From Eledone cirrhosa (lineage: Eukaryota): DNA of 64,000 bases. Location: the NCBI GenBank assembly GCA_964016885.1, contig OZ024744.1, forward strand, positions 116,870,001 through 116,934,000. The letters are read 5' to 3'. Both the position numbers and the translations under genes were made by a program. The notes under the pieces were generated by a model. It was not told where the DNA came from. It was given only the letters and a program-made list of their open reading frames with translations, and did no database searches. The first letter of the stretch is position 1. The number at the start of each line of letters is the position of its first letter. Shown piece by piece: positions 43,037 through 56,600 of this stretch.

Positions 43037-43377
43037 AGGCACATGGCTTAGTGGTTAGAACATTGGCCTTGCAATCAAAAGGTTGTGAGTTCAATTCTCA
43101 GACCGGGTGATGTGTTGTTTCCTTGAGCAAGACACTTTATATCACATTGCTCCAGTTTACTCAGCTGTAGAAATGAGATGATAGGGACTGGGGTCCCTAT
43201 CATTCCACTGCAACGTAGTCGTGGAGGTGCCATGGCAAAAAAGCGCCCAGCACTCACTGTAAATGAGGTTGGTGTTAGGAAGGGCATCCAGCTGTAGAAA
43301 TCAAGCCAGACTCAGTTCCCGTCCCACCCTTGCAAGCAGGGAAAAGCGGACGTAAAATGATGATGATGATGATGATA
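43034..43377 (+). mobile_element. tRNA-derived SINE family B with RTE-derived 3' part
   Basis: TGGCTTAGTGG A-box, GAGTTCAATTC B-box, CCTTGAGCAAGACACTTT central domain, CCCTTGCAAGCAGGGAAAAGCGGAC(GAT)n tail. A partial related copy follows at 43382-43500. Confidence 0.9.
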
Positions 43378-45261
43378 TGTGAAGGCGTGTGGCTGAGTGG
43401 TTAGAGAATTGGATTCGCAATCGTAAGGTTGTGAGTTCGATTCCTGGACCAGGCAATATGTTATGTCCTTGAGCAAGACACTTTATTTCACGTTGCTCCT
43501 TCTACCTGGAAGTTGCGACCAATAGATAGTATTAGCAATTGGAAAGACCAACGGAAACATTGTGCCCTCGGTCCGATTTGACGAAAGTCGATCGTTCCTT
43601 TTTATATATATATATATATATACATATATGCACGTAAATATATATATATGTTGGTACCACAGAACATGCAGCTCACACTGTAAAGTGGTTGTGTAAAAAA
43701 CATGGCAAAAAGACACAATGTAATGTGGTTGGCGTTAGGAAGGGCATCCATCCGTAGAAAACCAGCCAGAAACTCTCCTATTCTTTTACCTGTTTCAGCC
43801 ATCCGACTGAGGTGATGCTGGGGCACCTATATGAGTGAAACACAGTCATCCGACCCAAGTTGCTTTTAAATGGGACCCGTCTAACCCATGCTAGCGTGGA
43901 AGATGGACATTAATGGATGATGATGAGACACGTATATTTGTATGTGTCTACACACACACACACACACACACATACATATATATATATACATGCACACATT
44001 TTATAGAAACTTTAATATATTTGATTGTATAGTTTCATGACTCCAGCACAAGTTTTACTGGTCACAGCTGTTAGGTGTATGGTTCAATAATCTACAATCA
44101 TTCTGTGAATGCCATAGTCCACTGAACTGGAACAAAGCGTTTTATACCCATCCCCTTTCCCCAAATATTTGTTCATGTTTCATAGAGCAAGGGAGGAGCT
44201 GGAGGAGTAGATAACTTGCTCTGTTTGTGTAAAACAACAAAACAAAATTCATGTTTGTTTTTGTGATCCAAAGGGTTGAGAGAACTTTACATTTGTGTCA
44301 AGGGCAAGACAACTTCCCTAGTGCTGGTGTCATGATATAGAGCATTCAGTACTCTGTAAAGTTCATGAGCATACGTGAGATATGGCCCTTGGCTCAGCCA
44401 GTCAGGGAAGACGGTAGCCCCAATTAAATACTGACTTGTTGGTGACATGACTAAAAGTACCCAGTCCATCCTGTAAAGTGCACAGGCTTCCTTGAGAGGA
44501 CAGGTATCTCAGTTTCACAGCGTTGATTTTCTTTCCAGCCATGCAGCACTCTGTATCAAACCTATCGATGGTAGGAATTATGGGAACCACTAATGTAGCC
44601 AATCACATCATGTCCTCTCTCCACTTCCTTTCACAATTTATTTTATCAAGTGGAATTTGAACTCGTAGCATTGAGAATGGACTGACACCAAGGATTTTGT
44701 CCAATGCTCTACCAATTCTATTATAATGTTAAGTGTAAATTAACTTACTGCTACAGGGGTCTGTCCTGCAGGTCTTCAGATTCTCACCATTTATTGGTAG
44801 CCATAAATATCCATCAAATTCTCACCATTTATTGGTACCCATGAATATTCATATTCCTGAAAATATTTTCTCCATAATTCTTACCAATCACATTTTATGG
44901 CCATTTAAAGGTTTGGGCAATTTCTGAAATTTTGAAAATATTTAATATATTTGATTTTTAGGGCCCTAGTATTCCAAGTGGCTTTTATCCTATGACTTTG
45001 GAACTTGATTTCCATCATTTTAAAGAAAATGTTAACTGTAAATTTGAAAAATCTAGTTCTTGGGGGCTACTTTTGAATAAACTTAAAGTTTGGGGGTTAC
45101 TGAATAACAACTGTGAGTCCCCATCTTCTCTAATCATACAGTATGTCCTGGAAACTTGATAGAACACTTGAATTCAGTTACTTAACCCGTTAACATTTAC
45201 ATTACTCTATATTTACTATATAAATTACACAATAATCAAAGCTATGTTCAAATCATTTTAT

Positions 45262-45308
45262 TGCTGACAATCGTTTCTTCCAAACTTTCGTTTGGAATCC
45301 TCGGAGCA
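45262..45308 (-). ncRNA. Hammerhead with variant core CCGAGGA
   Basis: TGCT-CCGAGGA-TTCCAAAC(GAAA)GTTTGGAA-GAAAC(GATT)GTC-AGCA, overlapping AATAAA. Confidence 0.7.
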
Positions 45309-45760
45309 CTAGCAATGTTTGGACATATAATTAACTTCCTATTCAACTGAACAATCATATAGATACATGGATATTAATGTTGTCATCAACAGTTTCGTAT
45401 TTACAGAGTGGAATGGATGTGACAGAGATTACAAGAGAATTGTATAATAATTAAAGAGGCACAGGGTGGAATGCATATGACAGAGATTACAAGAGAATAG
45501 TATAATAATTAAAGCAGTATAGAGAGTGTAAATGCGTTAGGCATATACAGGACAGCTAGGTAGGAAACAAGCAATGGTAATAGGCATATATAATTACTGC
45601 ATGGCAAAGGTATCACATAAAATAACATTGGATGGAAAGCATATCAAGCAGGCAAAGGTGTTTATGTATTAAAATTATGAGTTTATGGTGGATGTAGTGT
45701 GATGATTGTTTCTGAAATGTTCAAATGTGTATGTGTTGAGAGTATTATTATTATCTTTTC

Positions 45761-45949
45761 CCCCGCCCTGGATTGGCAGTATCGGTAGAGGGTCGGCCGC
45801 CATGCTTTGCAGCAAAGTGTTACGGCCCTTTATGGTCTGAGTTCAAATCCCGCCGAGGTTAACTTTGCCTTTCATCCTTAGGGGGTCGATAAAATAAAGT
45901 ACCAGTAATGCACTGGGTAATTGCTGGCCTTGTGCCTAACGTAGAAACA
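45761..45949 (+). mobile_element. SINE family A with TSD
   Basis: ATTATTATTATCTTTTCC duplicated on both sides. Absent from the opposite palindrome arm. Confidence 0.9.
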
Positions 45950-46829
45950 ATTATTATTATCTTTTCCATTACATTGGTTATATTTTATTTTAGTGAGTGT
46001 TTATAATAAGATACAGCTATGGATTGTATATTGGTCCTATTATACTGTTGTCCCAGGTTCGAGTTCATATTATAAACTGTATCTTATAAACATTCACTAA
46101 AATAAAATATAACCAATGTAATGGAAAAGATAACAATAATAATAATACTCTCAACACACGCACATTTGAACATTACAGAAACAATCATCACACTACATCC
46201 ACCATAAACTCATAATTTTAATACATAAACACCTTTGCCTGCTTGATATGCTTGTAAACCTATGTTATTTTATGTGATACCTTTGCCATGCAGTAATTAT
46301 ATATGCCTAGTACCATTGCTTGTTTCCTTCTTGTATATGCCTAACATATATAACTATAAATAATATTATTATTATTATCTATATTTACTATTGTAAAGGC
46401 TTACATAATTATCTCACATAATATCGAATCTATGAGATTTTGATGATATTTATTTCGAGAACAATACCTTAACGTTAGTATGAGTGGCTGGCTACGGCCA
46501 GTTTGAACAAACAGAGTTGAGAGATTATGGCCGGATACGGCCGGTTTAAATGCTAAAGGGTTAAACTCATGATTTTCAGTGAATCAAGGGGGTTAAAACT
46601 GGAAAAAATGCAAAAATACACAATTTTTAATTTTTGAACCGTGATAACTGCTTATCCGAAGTTGAAACTATATAAATCTTTACATATTCTGAAAGTGAAC
46701 ATGAAGGTGAGTTAGGAAAAATAGACATAAATTATTTTAAACTGATGTAATAATCTATTTGTTATACTTGGGGAGGGTCATATTGTTGTAATAATATGCT
46801 TTGAACATAGTTTGGATTATTCTGTAATT

Positions 46830-46862
<33 letters not shown>

Positions 46863-46902
46863 ATGTATGTGCATAATATATATGTATGTATATTATAATT
46901 AG

Positions 46903-47248
46903 TGGAGGCACATGGCTTAGTGGTTAGAGCATTGGCCTTGCAATCAAAAGGTTGTGAGTTCAATACTCAGACCGGGTGAGGTGTTGTTTCCTTGAGCAAG
47001 ACACTTTATTTCACATTGCTCCAGTTTATTCAGCTGTAGAAATGAGATGATAGGACTGAGGTCCATATCATTCCACTGCAAAGTGGTCGTGTAGGTGCCA
47101 CAGCAAAAAAACACCCAGCACTCACTGTAAATGAGGTTGGTGTTAGGAAGGGCATCCAGCTGTAGAAATCAAGCCAGAATCAGTTCTCGTCCCACCCTTG
47201 CAAGCAGGGAAAAAGCGGACGTAAAATGATGATGAGGATGATGATGAT
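46903..47248 (+). mobile_element. SINE family B
   Basis: Close match to 43034-43377. Confidence 0.9.
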
Positions 47249-47629
47249 ATGTGTGTGTGTATATTATTCAGACATGTTTGTGTAACTGGACACATGTGTA
47301 AACATGCACTTAGTGCTGTCTTCAGCCGTAATTGGAAACCAGTGAGAAAGTTTTGTTGTAAAAAAAACAATTCTTGAAACTAGCAGCTTGTTTGTCCAGA
47401 CTTAATAGTCTTTTGTGTGAAGAAAACCAGATTTCGTACCTGCACCACCACTGCAACTACTACTACTCATTACCATGACACCACCACCACTACTGCCACT
47501 ACCACTACTCATTACCATGACACCACCACTGCCATCACCACTACTGCCACTACCACTACTGCCACTACCACTACTCATATATGTGTACATGTATATATGT
47601 ATACATGTATATGTGTATACATGTATATG

Positions 47630-47662
<33 letters not shown>

Positions 47663-47694
47663 TTGTATATATATAAATATATGTCTGTATGTCT

Positions 47695-47983
47695 CCATTA
47701 AATTGAAGTGCCCTGAGTATGGAAAAATTTGCTTGAGCAAATCTGGTCTCAGGAGCCACAGTCGCAGCCATGTTCAAAGAGAACCAGTGAACTATGATCT
47801 CCATGGTATTGTGAAGGTTCACAGGCAACCTGATGCAAGACCTCAGGCCAGGGAGATCCATAGTTGTCGTCAGTGTGTGAAAGAGTGCAAGTCTCTAGCA
47901 AGCTTGAAAAGCCATTTCTGATTGTCACACAACTGAACCTGACAAGCGATTGCAATACTCTTAGCAGAGTTTTCAGTCATCAT
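47695..47983 (+). mobile_element. Probable RTE-type LINE 3' end with two decayed C2H2 fingers
   Basis: CPEYGKICLSKSGLRSHSRSH and CRQCVKECKSLASLKSH, resembling the 28.4 kb remnant. Flanked by microsatellite. Confidence 0.55.
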
Positions 47984-47984
47984 G

Positions 47985-48027
<43 letters not shown>

Positions 48028-48159
48028 ATATATATGTCTTTCTCTTAATTTCGAGTACATTTTTGACCAGCCACCTTCCTGGTGGCAAGGTTGTAAAAGA
48101 AAAGAAACTGTCATCCCTTGAACCGCAAGAATGTTTTGCAAATTTTGAAGGTGCCAGCT

Positions 48160-49300
48160 ATCGCAGCCATTTATAGTCTAGGAATTAGGGAGCTGTAGTC
48201 TTTGTCCACAAATCCAAGTTCAGTTATACTTTGGTCCAAGTGGGTTGGTATATAACCTCTAGCTCCAATAATGATGAGTATGAAGCTGAGGGTGTATCTT
48301 GGATACTGGATCTATAAACTCCTCATCAATGGTCTGTAGATGTCCACATTCTCCTGTATTTTTCTTACAACATTGACATCATGTGGGCAGCTGATCTCTA
48401 CAACAGAGCATGTTTTCAATGTGTGCCCCCAAACTACAATATCAGGCCGGTTGTGTTTTAATTTGGTGGCAGTTTTTATTTTCAGGTCCCACCAATATTC
48501 CTTAGTGCCATCTATCTCAATATATTCTTCCTCGTTTGTTTTTAATTTTGTTTTCCTTGGTGTGTTCCAGATGGTTCTAGCTATCCCATCGTGTCTCATG
48601 GGGAGGTAGTAGCGAGACAACATTCTTTCACAGATGGCAACAATGTGGCTAACATCTTCGATCTTGTTTTACACAGCCTACATTTATTGTCGACTGATGG
48701 CGCTCCTCTTTTGTAGAAGCAGATCTTTGGTAGGGAGTTCTTGTTCTTGTATTACATAGAGGTATCCTTCAAGGTGGGATGTCATAAACTTGTTGGAACT
48801 CCATGCCAGAATCTTTGGATGATTTATCCCCTCTATGGTCTGTGTTTTTCGTCTCAGGTACCCATGTACAACTTTCTCTGTAAATTGGTCTATTTTTTTT
48901 ATCTTGTTCGAACATTGAATAGGATCTTCCAATTTCCCTGGGAGAGAGATTTATATCATCCCTTATTCCATATCTCTCCTCCAGATCAGTCGCTATCCTA
49001 ATGATATTATTTCCTTCATGCTCATAGACCTGGGCAAGATGGTTGCTGACTTTTTTCTTCTATTGAAGATGTTGCTTCAGTGTTACTATTTGGATCTCAT
49101 ATGATGTTAATATGGATTTTAGACCCCACCCACCTTCCTTGCGTGAGAAGTATAGCCTATCCACATCACCATTGATGTTATAGTTTCCAGTAACACTGAG
49201 AAGCTTGGGAGTCCTTACATCCATCTCTATTAGTTCTTACAATGACCAGTTCAGCAGGCCAAATGTTGGTGTTAGGATTGGCACAGCATAAGTATTGTGG
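48160..49300 (-). mobile_element. R4/Dong-like non-LTR retrotransposon fragment (thumb, CCHC knuckle, REL endonuclease), decayed
   Basis: DVDRLYFSRKEGGWGL; HGY..EGYLYVIQEQEL; CRLC..EDVSHIVAIC; RHD..WWD..HNRPDIVV..VEISCP. Confidence 0.85.
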
Positions 49301-49311
49301 GCAATGTGTTT

Positions 49312-49411
49312 GTATATATACACACATATATATATATACATACATATATATACACACATACATATATATACACACATACATATATATATATATATACACA
49401 TACATATATAT

Positions 49412-49464
<53 letters not shown>

Positions 49465-50400
49465 TACATATATATACACTCATACATATATATACACTCA
49501 TACATATATATATATACACATACATATATATACACACATATATACAGACACACACATATATACAGACACACACATATATACAGACACACACATATATACA
49601 GACACACACATATATACAGACACACACATATATACAGACACACACATATATACAGACACACACATATTTAGAGACACACACATATTTACAGACACACACA
49701 CATATTTACAGACACACACACACATATTTACAGACACACACACACACATATTTACAGACACACACACACATATATACAGACACACACACACACATATATA
49801 CAGACACACACACACATATATACAGACACACACACACACATATATACAGATACACACACACACATACACAAATATACACACATACACAAATATACACACA
49901 CACAAATATACAGACACACACATATATACAGACGCACACATATATACACACACACACATATATACACACACATATACACACACACATATACACACACATA
50001 CACACACACACATATATGCACACACAACTATACAGACACACATATATACACACACATACGTACACACACATACATACACACACATATACACACACGCGTA
50101 TACACGCACACACATATATACACACGCACACATATACACACATATATACACACAAATATATACACACAAATATACATAGACACACACATATATACACACA
50201 CACACAAATATACATACACACACATATACACACAAATACACATATACACACACATACACATATACACACACACAGATATATACATACATATATACAGACA
50301 CGCACATATATACACACATATATATATATACACACACACACATATATACACACACATATATACACACACATATATACACACACTCATATATACATATGTG

Positions 50401-50435
<35 letters not shown>
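49312..50435 (+). repeat. Compound (CA)/(TA) microsatellite
   Basis: ACAGACACACACATATAT-type units. Confidence 0.9.
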
Positions 50436-50438
<3 letters not shown>

Positions 50439-52181
50439 AACGAGTAGGACCCCGACGGCTGAGTTCAAGCCGTTTCGACAGCTAATTCTGGACTAAATGA
50501 ACATTTTTATCCTGGTAAATGAATAGCCAAACATCTCAGGGGGTAATTCCATATATGGTAAAAGTGATTGTCACAAGGATTGGTCAAAAGTTTGTTGTTG
50601 AGACACATGATTCTATCATGGCATTTTGTGGAAGGTAGGGGTTGCTGAACCTGCCAGTAGAAGAAAGAGGGAGAGGGAGTGGAGGAAACCCAGTCGAGCG
50701 TTGAAAGTGACAACTACAGCAGATTCCAAGGATTGAAGGTCGAAAAAAGTATACTAGAGAAGGGGAGGGGGGAGGAAGTCGAAACAATAAGTAAATCTAT
50801 ATGGAGTAAATATATAGAAAAATATAAAAAAATATATATAAAAAAAACCCCACAATTTCTGGTTACTATTCCCCTTCCACAATCATCAAGTCTCTCACTG
50901 GTACTGCTAAGCTATAGAAAAGTTTAATAGGTGGGACGGAATACTAAATACGAGATTGTAGTGAAAGAATTTTATGAATTAGTAGTAATCGGCCAAATCT
51001 ATCTTACAATGACAGGTCAACAAGTAGGGGGCCAAAATACTAAAGAAAACTAATACAAAATATTAATTCAGAATCCCGAAAATGAATACTAATACGATAT
51101 ATATGAGTACCGCTACAATACATAAATTCTAATGCAAACTACATAAATGCTCGTACGATAAATATGAAAAACTAATACGAAAAATTAATTCAGAACCCCC
51201 CCCCACCCCCCCACCTCCCAACAAAAAAAAAATACTGATATACGAGAAGCTAAAGCAGAAATACCACTAAGAAATCTAGAAATCATGGAAATGGCGCAGC
51301 AATCAGAGTATCTGGGGTCTAGCACATCTGCTATAAAAAGCGGAATCGGCCAATTCTATCATAGAATAGGGGGTGGGGTGGGGGTACTGAGGCTACAGAG
51401 GACCGAAGGGCTGCCTCGGGGTGGGCGAGAAGGTGAAAAGAACGACGACAAAGAAGGAGATCTGGGGTGGAAGGACTAGGAAGGGATGGGGAGGAAGAAG
51501 GAAATATAGAGGAAACGATAAAACATATACAGGAAAATCTATACAAAAAAGTTACGTCTACCTTTGTAAGCAGGGGTTACCCATTACAAAGTCGGCAAGT
51601 GGGGTGTTTCAGCCCTTGTCTACCCCCCCCCCCCCCCCCCGGGTCATTATGGGGTTTGAGGGCGAGGTAAGTCCTACGCAATCTGTGTTTGCATGCAGTT
51701 ACCATATTTTTTATATTTTTCTATATATTTATTCCATATAGATTTACTTATTGTTTCGACTTCCTCCCCCCTCCCTTCTCTAGTATACTTTTTTCGACCT
51801 CTTATCCTTGGAATCTGCTGTAGTTGTCACTTTCAACGCTCGACTGGGTTTCCACCACTCCCGCTCCCTCTTTCTTCTACTGGCAGGTTCAGCAACCCCT
51901 ACCTTCCACAAAATGCCATGAGAGAATCATGTGTCTCAACAACAAACTTTTGACCAATCCGTGTGATAATCACTTTTACCATATATGGAATTACCCCCTG
52001 AGATGTTTGGCTATTCATTTACCAGGATAAAAATGTTCATTTAGTCCAGAATTAGCCATCGAAACGGCTTGAGCTCAGCCGTCGGGGTCCTACTCATTCC
52101 TATTCCCCACTCTACTACCCTAAGTATTGAGTACTTTGGTGCGTTATGGTCCATCTGGTTCCTTACCACATTTCCTTTGTT
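50436..52181. mobile_element. 1.75-kb non-coding element with ~400-bp inverted arms, each ending in a hammerhead-like motif
   Basis: Arms 50436-50836 and 51706-52102. The right arm has an ~80-nt extra tail. (TA)n on both sides. Confidence 0.85.
51987..52100 (+). ncRNA. Hammerhead-like motif with variant core CUGAGA and long stem II (mirror copy 50437-50550, minus)
   Basis: GGAAT.ACCCC-CTGAGA-TG..TGGCTA(~40 nt)TAGCCATC-GAAACGGCT(TGAGCTC)AGCCGTC-GGGGT..ATTCC. Confidence 0.6.
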
Positions 52182-52195
52182 ATATATATATATAA

Positions 52196-52556
52196 ATGGA
52201 GAATAATGAAACAAAATTTCATTTCTCACTCTTAGTATGGCTGATACTTAAATGTAAGTATGTATGTATACGCACATACATATATGTATACAGACGTACA
52301 GTAGTATATATATATATATATATACATACATGCACACACACATATATATGTACGTATGGGTTTACCGAACATTTATTATAATGTTCGGTTTGCTTGCTTG
52401 TAAACAATTTTACAAGCAAACAAACCGAGCATTATAATAAATGTTTGGTAAACCCATACGTACATATATATATATGTGTGCATGTATGTATATATATATA
52501 TACATACTACTGTACGTCTGTATACATATATGTATGTGCGTATACATACATACTTA
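52196..52556. mobile_element. Palindromic truncated copy of the 421-bp family (no ribozyme)
   Basis: Minus arm 52196-52404 and plus arm 52409-52556 match the unit 3' region. Confidence 0.85.
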
Positions 52557-52818
52557 TATATATATATATAGTAATAATAATAAATGTGAAGACTAAAATC
52601 CAAAGAGGGCTCGATAAGGATAAATATATATGAAATATATAAGAACCCTTGAGCAAATATATATTAAAATAACACACACACATACATATATACAGACTCA
52701 CACATATATCCCCACAACCACTAACAACAACAATTAGAAAATAACTAAAAGTTGTTTCACAATTGACAATTAATGTCAGGGCTATTGAAGAATTTATTTT
52801 TATTGGAACAATAACAAT

Positions 52819-52866
<48 letters not shown>

Positions 52867-52869
52867 AGG

Positions 52870-53200
52870 GAGAGGCACATGGCGTAGTGGTTAGAACATT
52901 GGCCTTGCATTCAAAAGCTGTGAGCTCAATTCGCAGACCGGGTGATGTGTTGTTTCCTTGAGCAAGACACTTTATTTCACATTGATCCAGTTTACTCAGC
53001 TGTAGAAATGAAATGATAGGGACTGGGGTCCCTATCATTCCACTGTAAAGTGGTCGTGGAGTTGCCACGGCAAAAAAGCACCCAGCACTCACTGCAAATG
53101 AGGTTGGTGTTAGGAAGGGCATCCAGCTGTAGAAATCAAGCCAAAATCAGTTCTCGTCCCACCCTTGCAAGCAGGGAAAAGCGGACGTAAAATGAAATGA
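52870..53200 (+). mobile_element. SINE family B
   Basis: Close match to 43034-43377. Confidence 0.9.
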
Positions 53201-53439
53201 AAAGAATGAATGACACACATATATATACATACACACGTATATATATACATACACACACATATATACACACACATATATATATAGAGATAAATACACACAC
53301 TCATATATATATATATATATATACATACACACACACACACACATATATACATACGTGCACACATATGTATATATACATACAGACACATATCTATATGTAT
53401 ATATACATATACACACATATATATATATACATACACACA

Positions 53440-53548
53440 TATGAAGGCTAAAAAAACACTTGTGGATAGTGCAGTTTTAAATCAACATATTTGATTTAAA
53501 ACTGCCTTCATATCATGTTCTCCTGTTTTATCTGATGAAAACACAAAT
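53440..53548. mobile_element. Rearranged fold-back fragment of the 17.0/28.8 kb hammerhead element
   Basis: Inverted GCAGTTTTAAATCAA/TTGATTTAAAACTGC junction, truncated after CTGATGAAAACACAAATA. Confidence 0.75.
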
Positions 53549-53619
53549 ACATACACACATATATATATATATACACACACATATATATATACATACACAC
53601 ATATATATATATATATGCT

Positions 53620-56600
53620 GTAAAATGGAGGGGTAGATAGGGCCCCTGAGTCCAGTTAAACGACCTCTCTAGTGCTGGTGGCATGAATAAAAGCACCCAG
53701 TCCATGCTGTAAAATGGTGCTGGTGTTAGGAAGGGCATCCAACCAGTATAATAAATGCCAAAATTATGAGCACAACAAATAAGAATTGCAACAACCGCGT
53801 CAACAGAAATAACACTAACCATGTTAGGGCTGCGCACGGTAGTGGGGTGGCTGGTGCGGCCATGTGTGAGAACCCCCCGACCGTCCTCAAGCAATCGCAT
53901 AACAAGAATATGACGACATCGCATCTCAGAGTTGCCATACTTAATGTTGGCACTCTAACAGGTAGATCTGGTGAAATAGCGGAGATGCTGGAGAGAAGGC
54001 ATGTGGATGTGTGCAAGAGGTGAGATGGAGAGGTGCCTCTGCAGGACAAACATCGTAGTTATAAGCTTTTCTGGGTGGGTAATGATGATGGGTTAGGTGG
54101 GGTAGGCATATTACTAGCTGAGAGATGGATCAATAAGACAATAGAGGTAGTTAGAGTTAGTAATCGAATAATTAAGCTTAGATTAATTGTAGGCAAGAGA
54201 CTACTGACAATCATCTCTGCCTATGTTCCCCAAGCAGGCTTAGGCAAAGATGAGAAAGACTGCTTTTACGAGCAACTTTTACAAACAACATCAATGACAG
54301 AGGACAGAGATATCGTTATGCTAGCAGGAGACTTCAATGGTCATGTTGGACAGCTCCAGGGTTGATACACTGGGGTACATGGTGGGCACAGTTACGGCTC
54401 AAGAAATGAAGGAGTGAGGCTTCTTGAATTTTGTGACGCAAGTGCACTAACCATTTGCAACACTAACATCCAGAAGCCTACCAACCACCTAATAGCCTAC
54501 ATATCAGGCGAACACATAAGCCAAGTTGACTTCCTGCTAGTTAGACAGTGAGACAGACAGATGGTGTCAAATACTAAGGCATACCCCAGGGAAGCATGTA
54601 CCCCACAGCATAGGTTAGTCGTTAGTGACATCTCAATAAGCAAGAGATGGAATGTGACATACAGGAAGGTGTGGAAAAGGAAGGTCTGGAAACTAAAAGA
54701 CCTTTCATTAAAATATAAATTTAGGAAAGCCCTTCAAGACGTGTATGACGAAAAAGAAGACATTTTAGAATCGTATGACATAGATGATAACTGGAATTTT
54801 TGCCTGACAACTTACTGGAGGCTACTGAAGAAACTTGTGGCTGGAGCAGAGCTCCGACCAGACAGTGACCTGGTGGTGGAACAGCACAGTCGATAAGGCC
54901 ATTAGAGACAAAAGACTGGCATGGAAGGCTTTGAAAAAGGTTGAGAGTAGGGAAGAATATACAGCCGCTAAGAGAGAAGCTAGACGTCAGGTGTACTTAG
55001 CACGCAGGGAGGCTGAGAGTAGGAGATTTGCCAATGTTCTGCAACGGGAAGATCAGAGACGTGTGGTGTTCCACATTGCAAGAGAGTGTGTCAGTACAAA
55101 TCAGGATGTTGGTGGAGATAAGTGTGTCCGGAATGATGCCGGTGTACTTAGTGTCACGATGATAAAAAAACGGAGGCCTGGAAATGTCATTATGAGAGAC
55201 TGATGAATGTGGAGAACGAATGGGACAGAGAGAAATTACCCCCAGTAGATCCGACAGAGGGACCAGCTATTGAGATTGACGAATATAGGGTACAAGAGGC
55301 AATAAGGAAATGAAGAATGGTAAGGCTGCTGGGCCGTCGGGGATAGTTGCTGAGATGCTGAAGGAATCAAGGGACGTAGGCACTAAACTGGTTGCACGCA
55401 TAATCAATCAGGCTATATATGGTGGTGTCATACCCAAAGACTGGTGCAGCAGTATTCTCATAAATTGCTACAAAGGTAAAGGGCATGCTCTAGAGAGGAG
55501 CAATTATAGGGGTATAAAACTGATGGATCAGGTTATGAAAGTGGCAGAAAGAATATTAGCGCATCTGATTAGAGAAAGGGTCAAATTAGATGAGATGCAG
55601 TTTGGTTTTGTGCCTGGGAAAAGTACAACAGATGCCCTCTTCTTAGTGAGACAACTACAAGAGAGATTCTTAGAGAAGAATAAGCCACTATACTTAGCTT
55701 TTGTTGACCTAGAGAAGGCCTTTGATAGGGTACCCCAATCTCTCATCTGGTGGTCCCTAAGGAAACTAAGTGTAGAGGAATGGCTTGTGCGGACAGTGCA
55801 AGCTATGTACGGGGTGATGTCAGTAAAGTGAGAATAGGAATGGAGTTTAGTGAGGAATTCCAGATACAAGTAGGTGTACATCAGGGTTCGGTCCTCAGCC
55901 CACTCTTATTCATTATAGTCCTCCAAGCCATAACAGAGAAGTTTAAGACTGGCTGTCCATGGGAACTTCTCTATGCTGACGATCTGGTTCTTATAGCAGA
56001 ATCAGTAGAAGAGCTACAGAATATATTCTGGCTATGGAAACAGCAGTTGGAATCAAGAGGACTGAGAGTGAACCTAGCTGAGACAAAAGTGTTGATGAGT
56101 AGAAGAGAGGACAATACTCTGATTCCATCTGGGAAATGGCCATGTTTGATATGTAGGAAAGGAACTGGCATAAATTCCATAAAATGTATTCAATGCAGAT
56201 CTTAGGTACATAAGAGATGTAGTGGGATAGCAGGCAAACTAACAGGTAGGCAAAAACTATGTATGCAGTAGATGTACAGGGAAATTTGACAGAAGTCGCA
56301 TTGATAGACACATTTTTCAAATGCAGCCGGGTGCTATAGAAGTGGTTGATAGTTTCCAGTACCTAGGTGATCAGATTAGAATGGGAGGGGGGGGAGGTGC
56401 TCCGAGGCCATAGTATCTAGAATAAGGACGGGTTGGAAGAAGGTTAGGGAGCTGCTTCCTCTGTTGACTAAGAAGGGTTTCTCCCTGCATACGAAAGGAC
56501 GGTTATATGATGCCTGTGTGCAATGCTGCATGGTAGTGAGACATGGGCTGCAACTGCAGAGGATATGCGACGGCTGGAGAGAAATGAAGCAAGTATGCTC

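Larger units (their letters stand above)
45220..46377 (-). mobile_element. Hammerhead-bearing non-coding element with inverted arm and 14-bp flanking duplication
   Basis: TCTATATTTACTAT at 45206-45219 and 46378-46391. Arms ~45537-46017 and ~46077-46344. Confidence 0.75.
45182..46564 (-). mobile_element. TTAA MITE (same family as 42300) interrupted by a 1.16-kb insertion
   Basis: TTAACCCGTTAACATTTA ... TAAATGCTAAAGGGTTAA. The two halves rejoin to the 42300 sequence. Confidence 0.8.

Noticed and set aside
43034-43110. tRNA genes at SINE heads
   Set aside because: The A/B boxes continue into SINE bodies and tails, and the cloverleaf is degenerate.
47695-47921. Host C2H2 zinc-finger gene exon
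   Set aside because: Fingers are decayed and lack TGEKP linkers. They resemble RTE-type LINE C-termini.
52600-52790. Two further hammerhead-like traces (also near 35200 and 47320)
   Set aside because: The core nucleotides are too degenerate to support a call.
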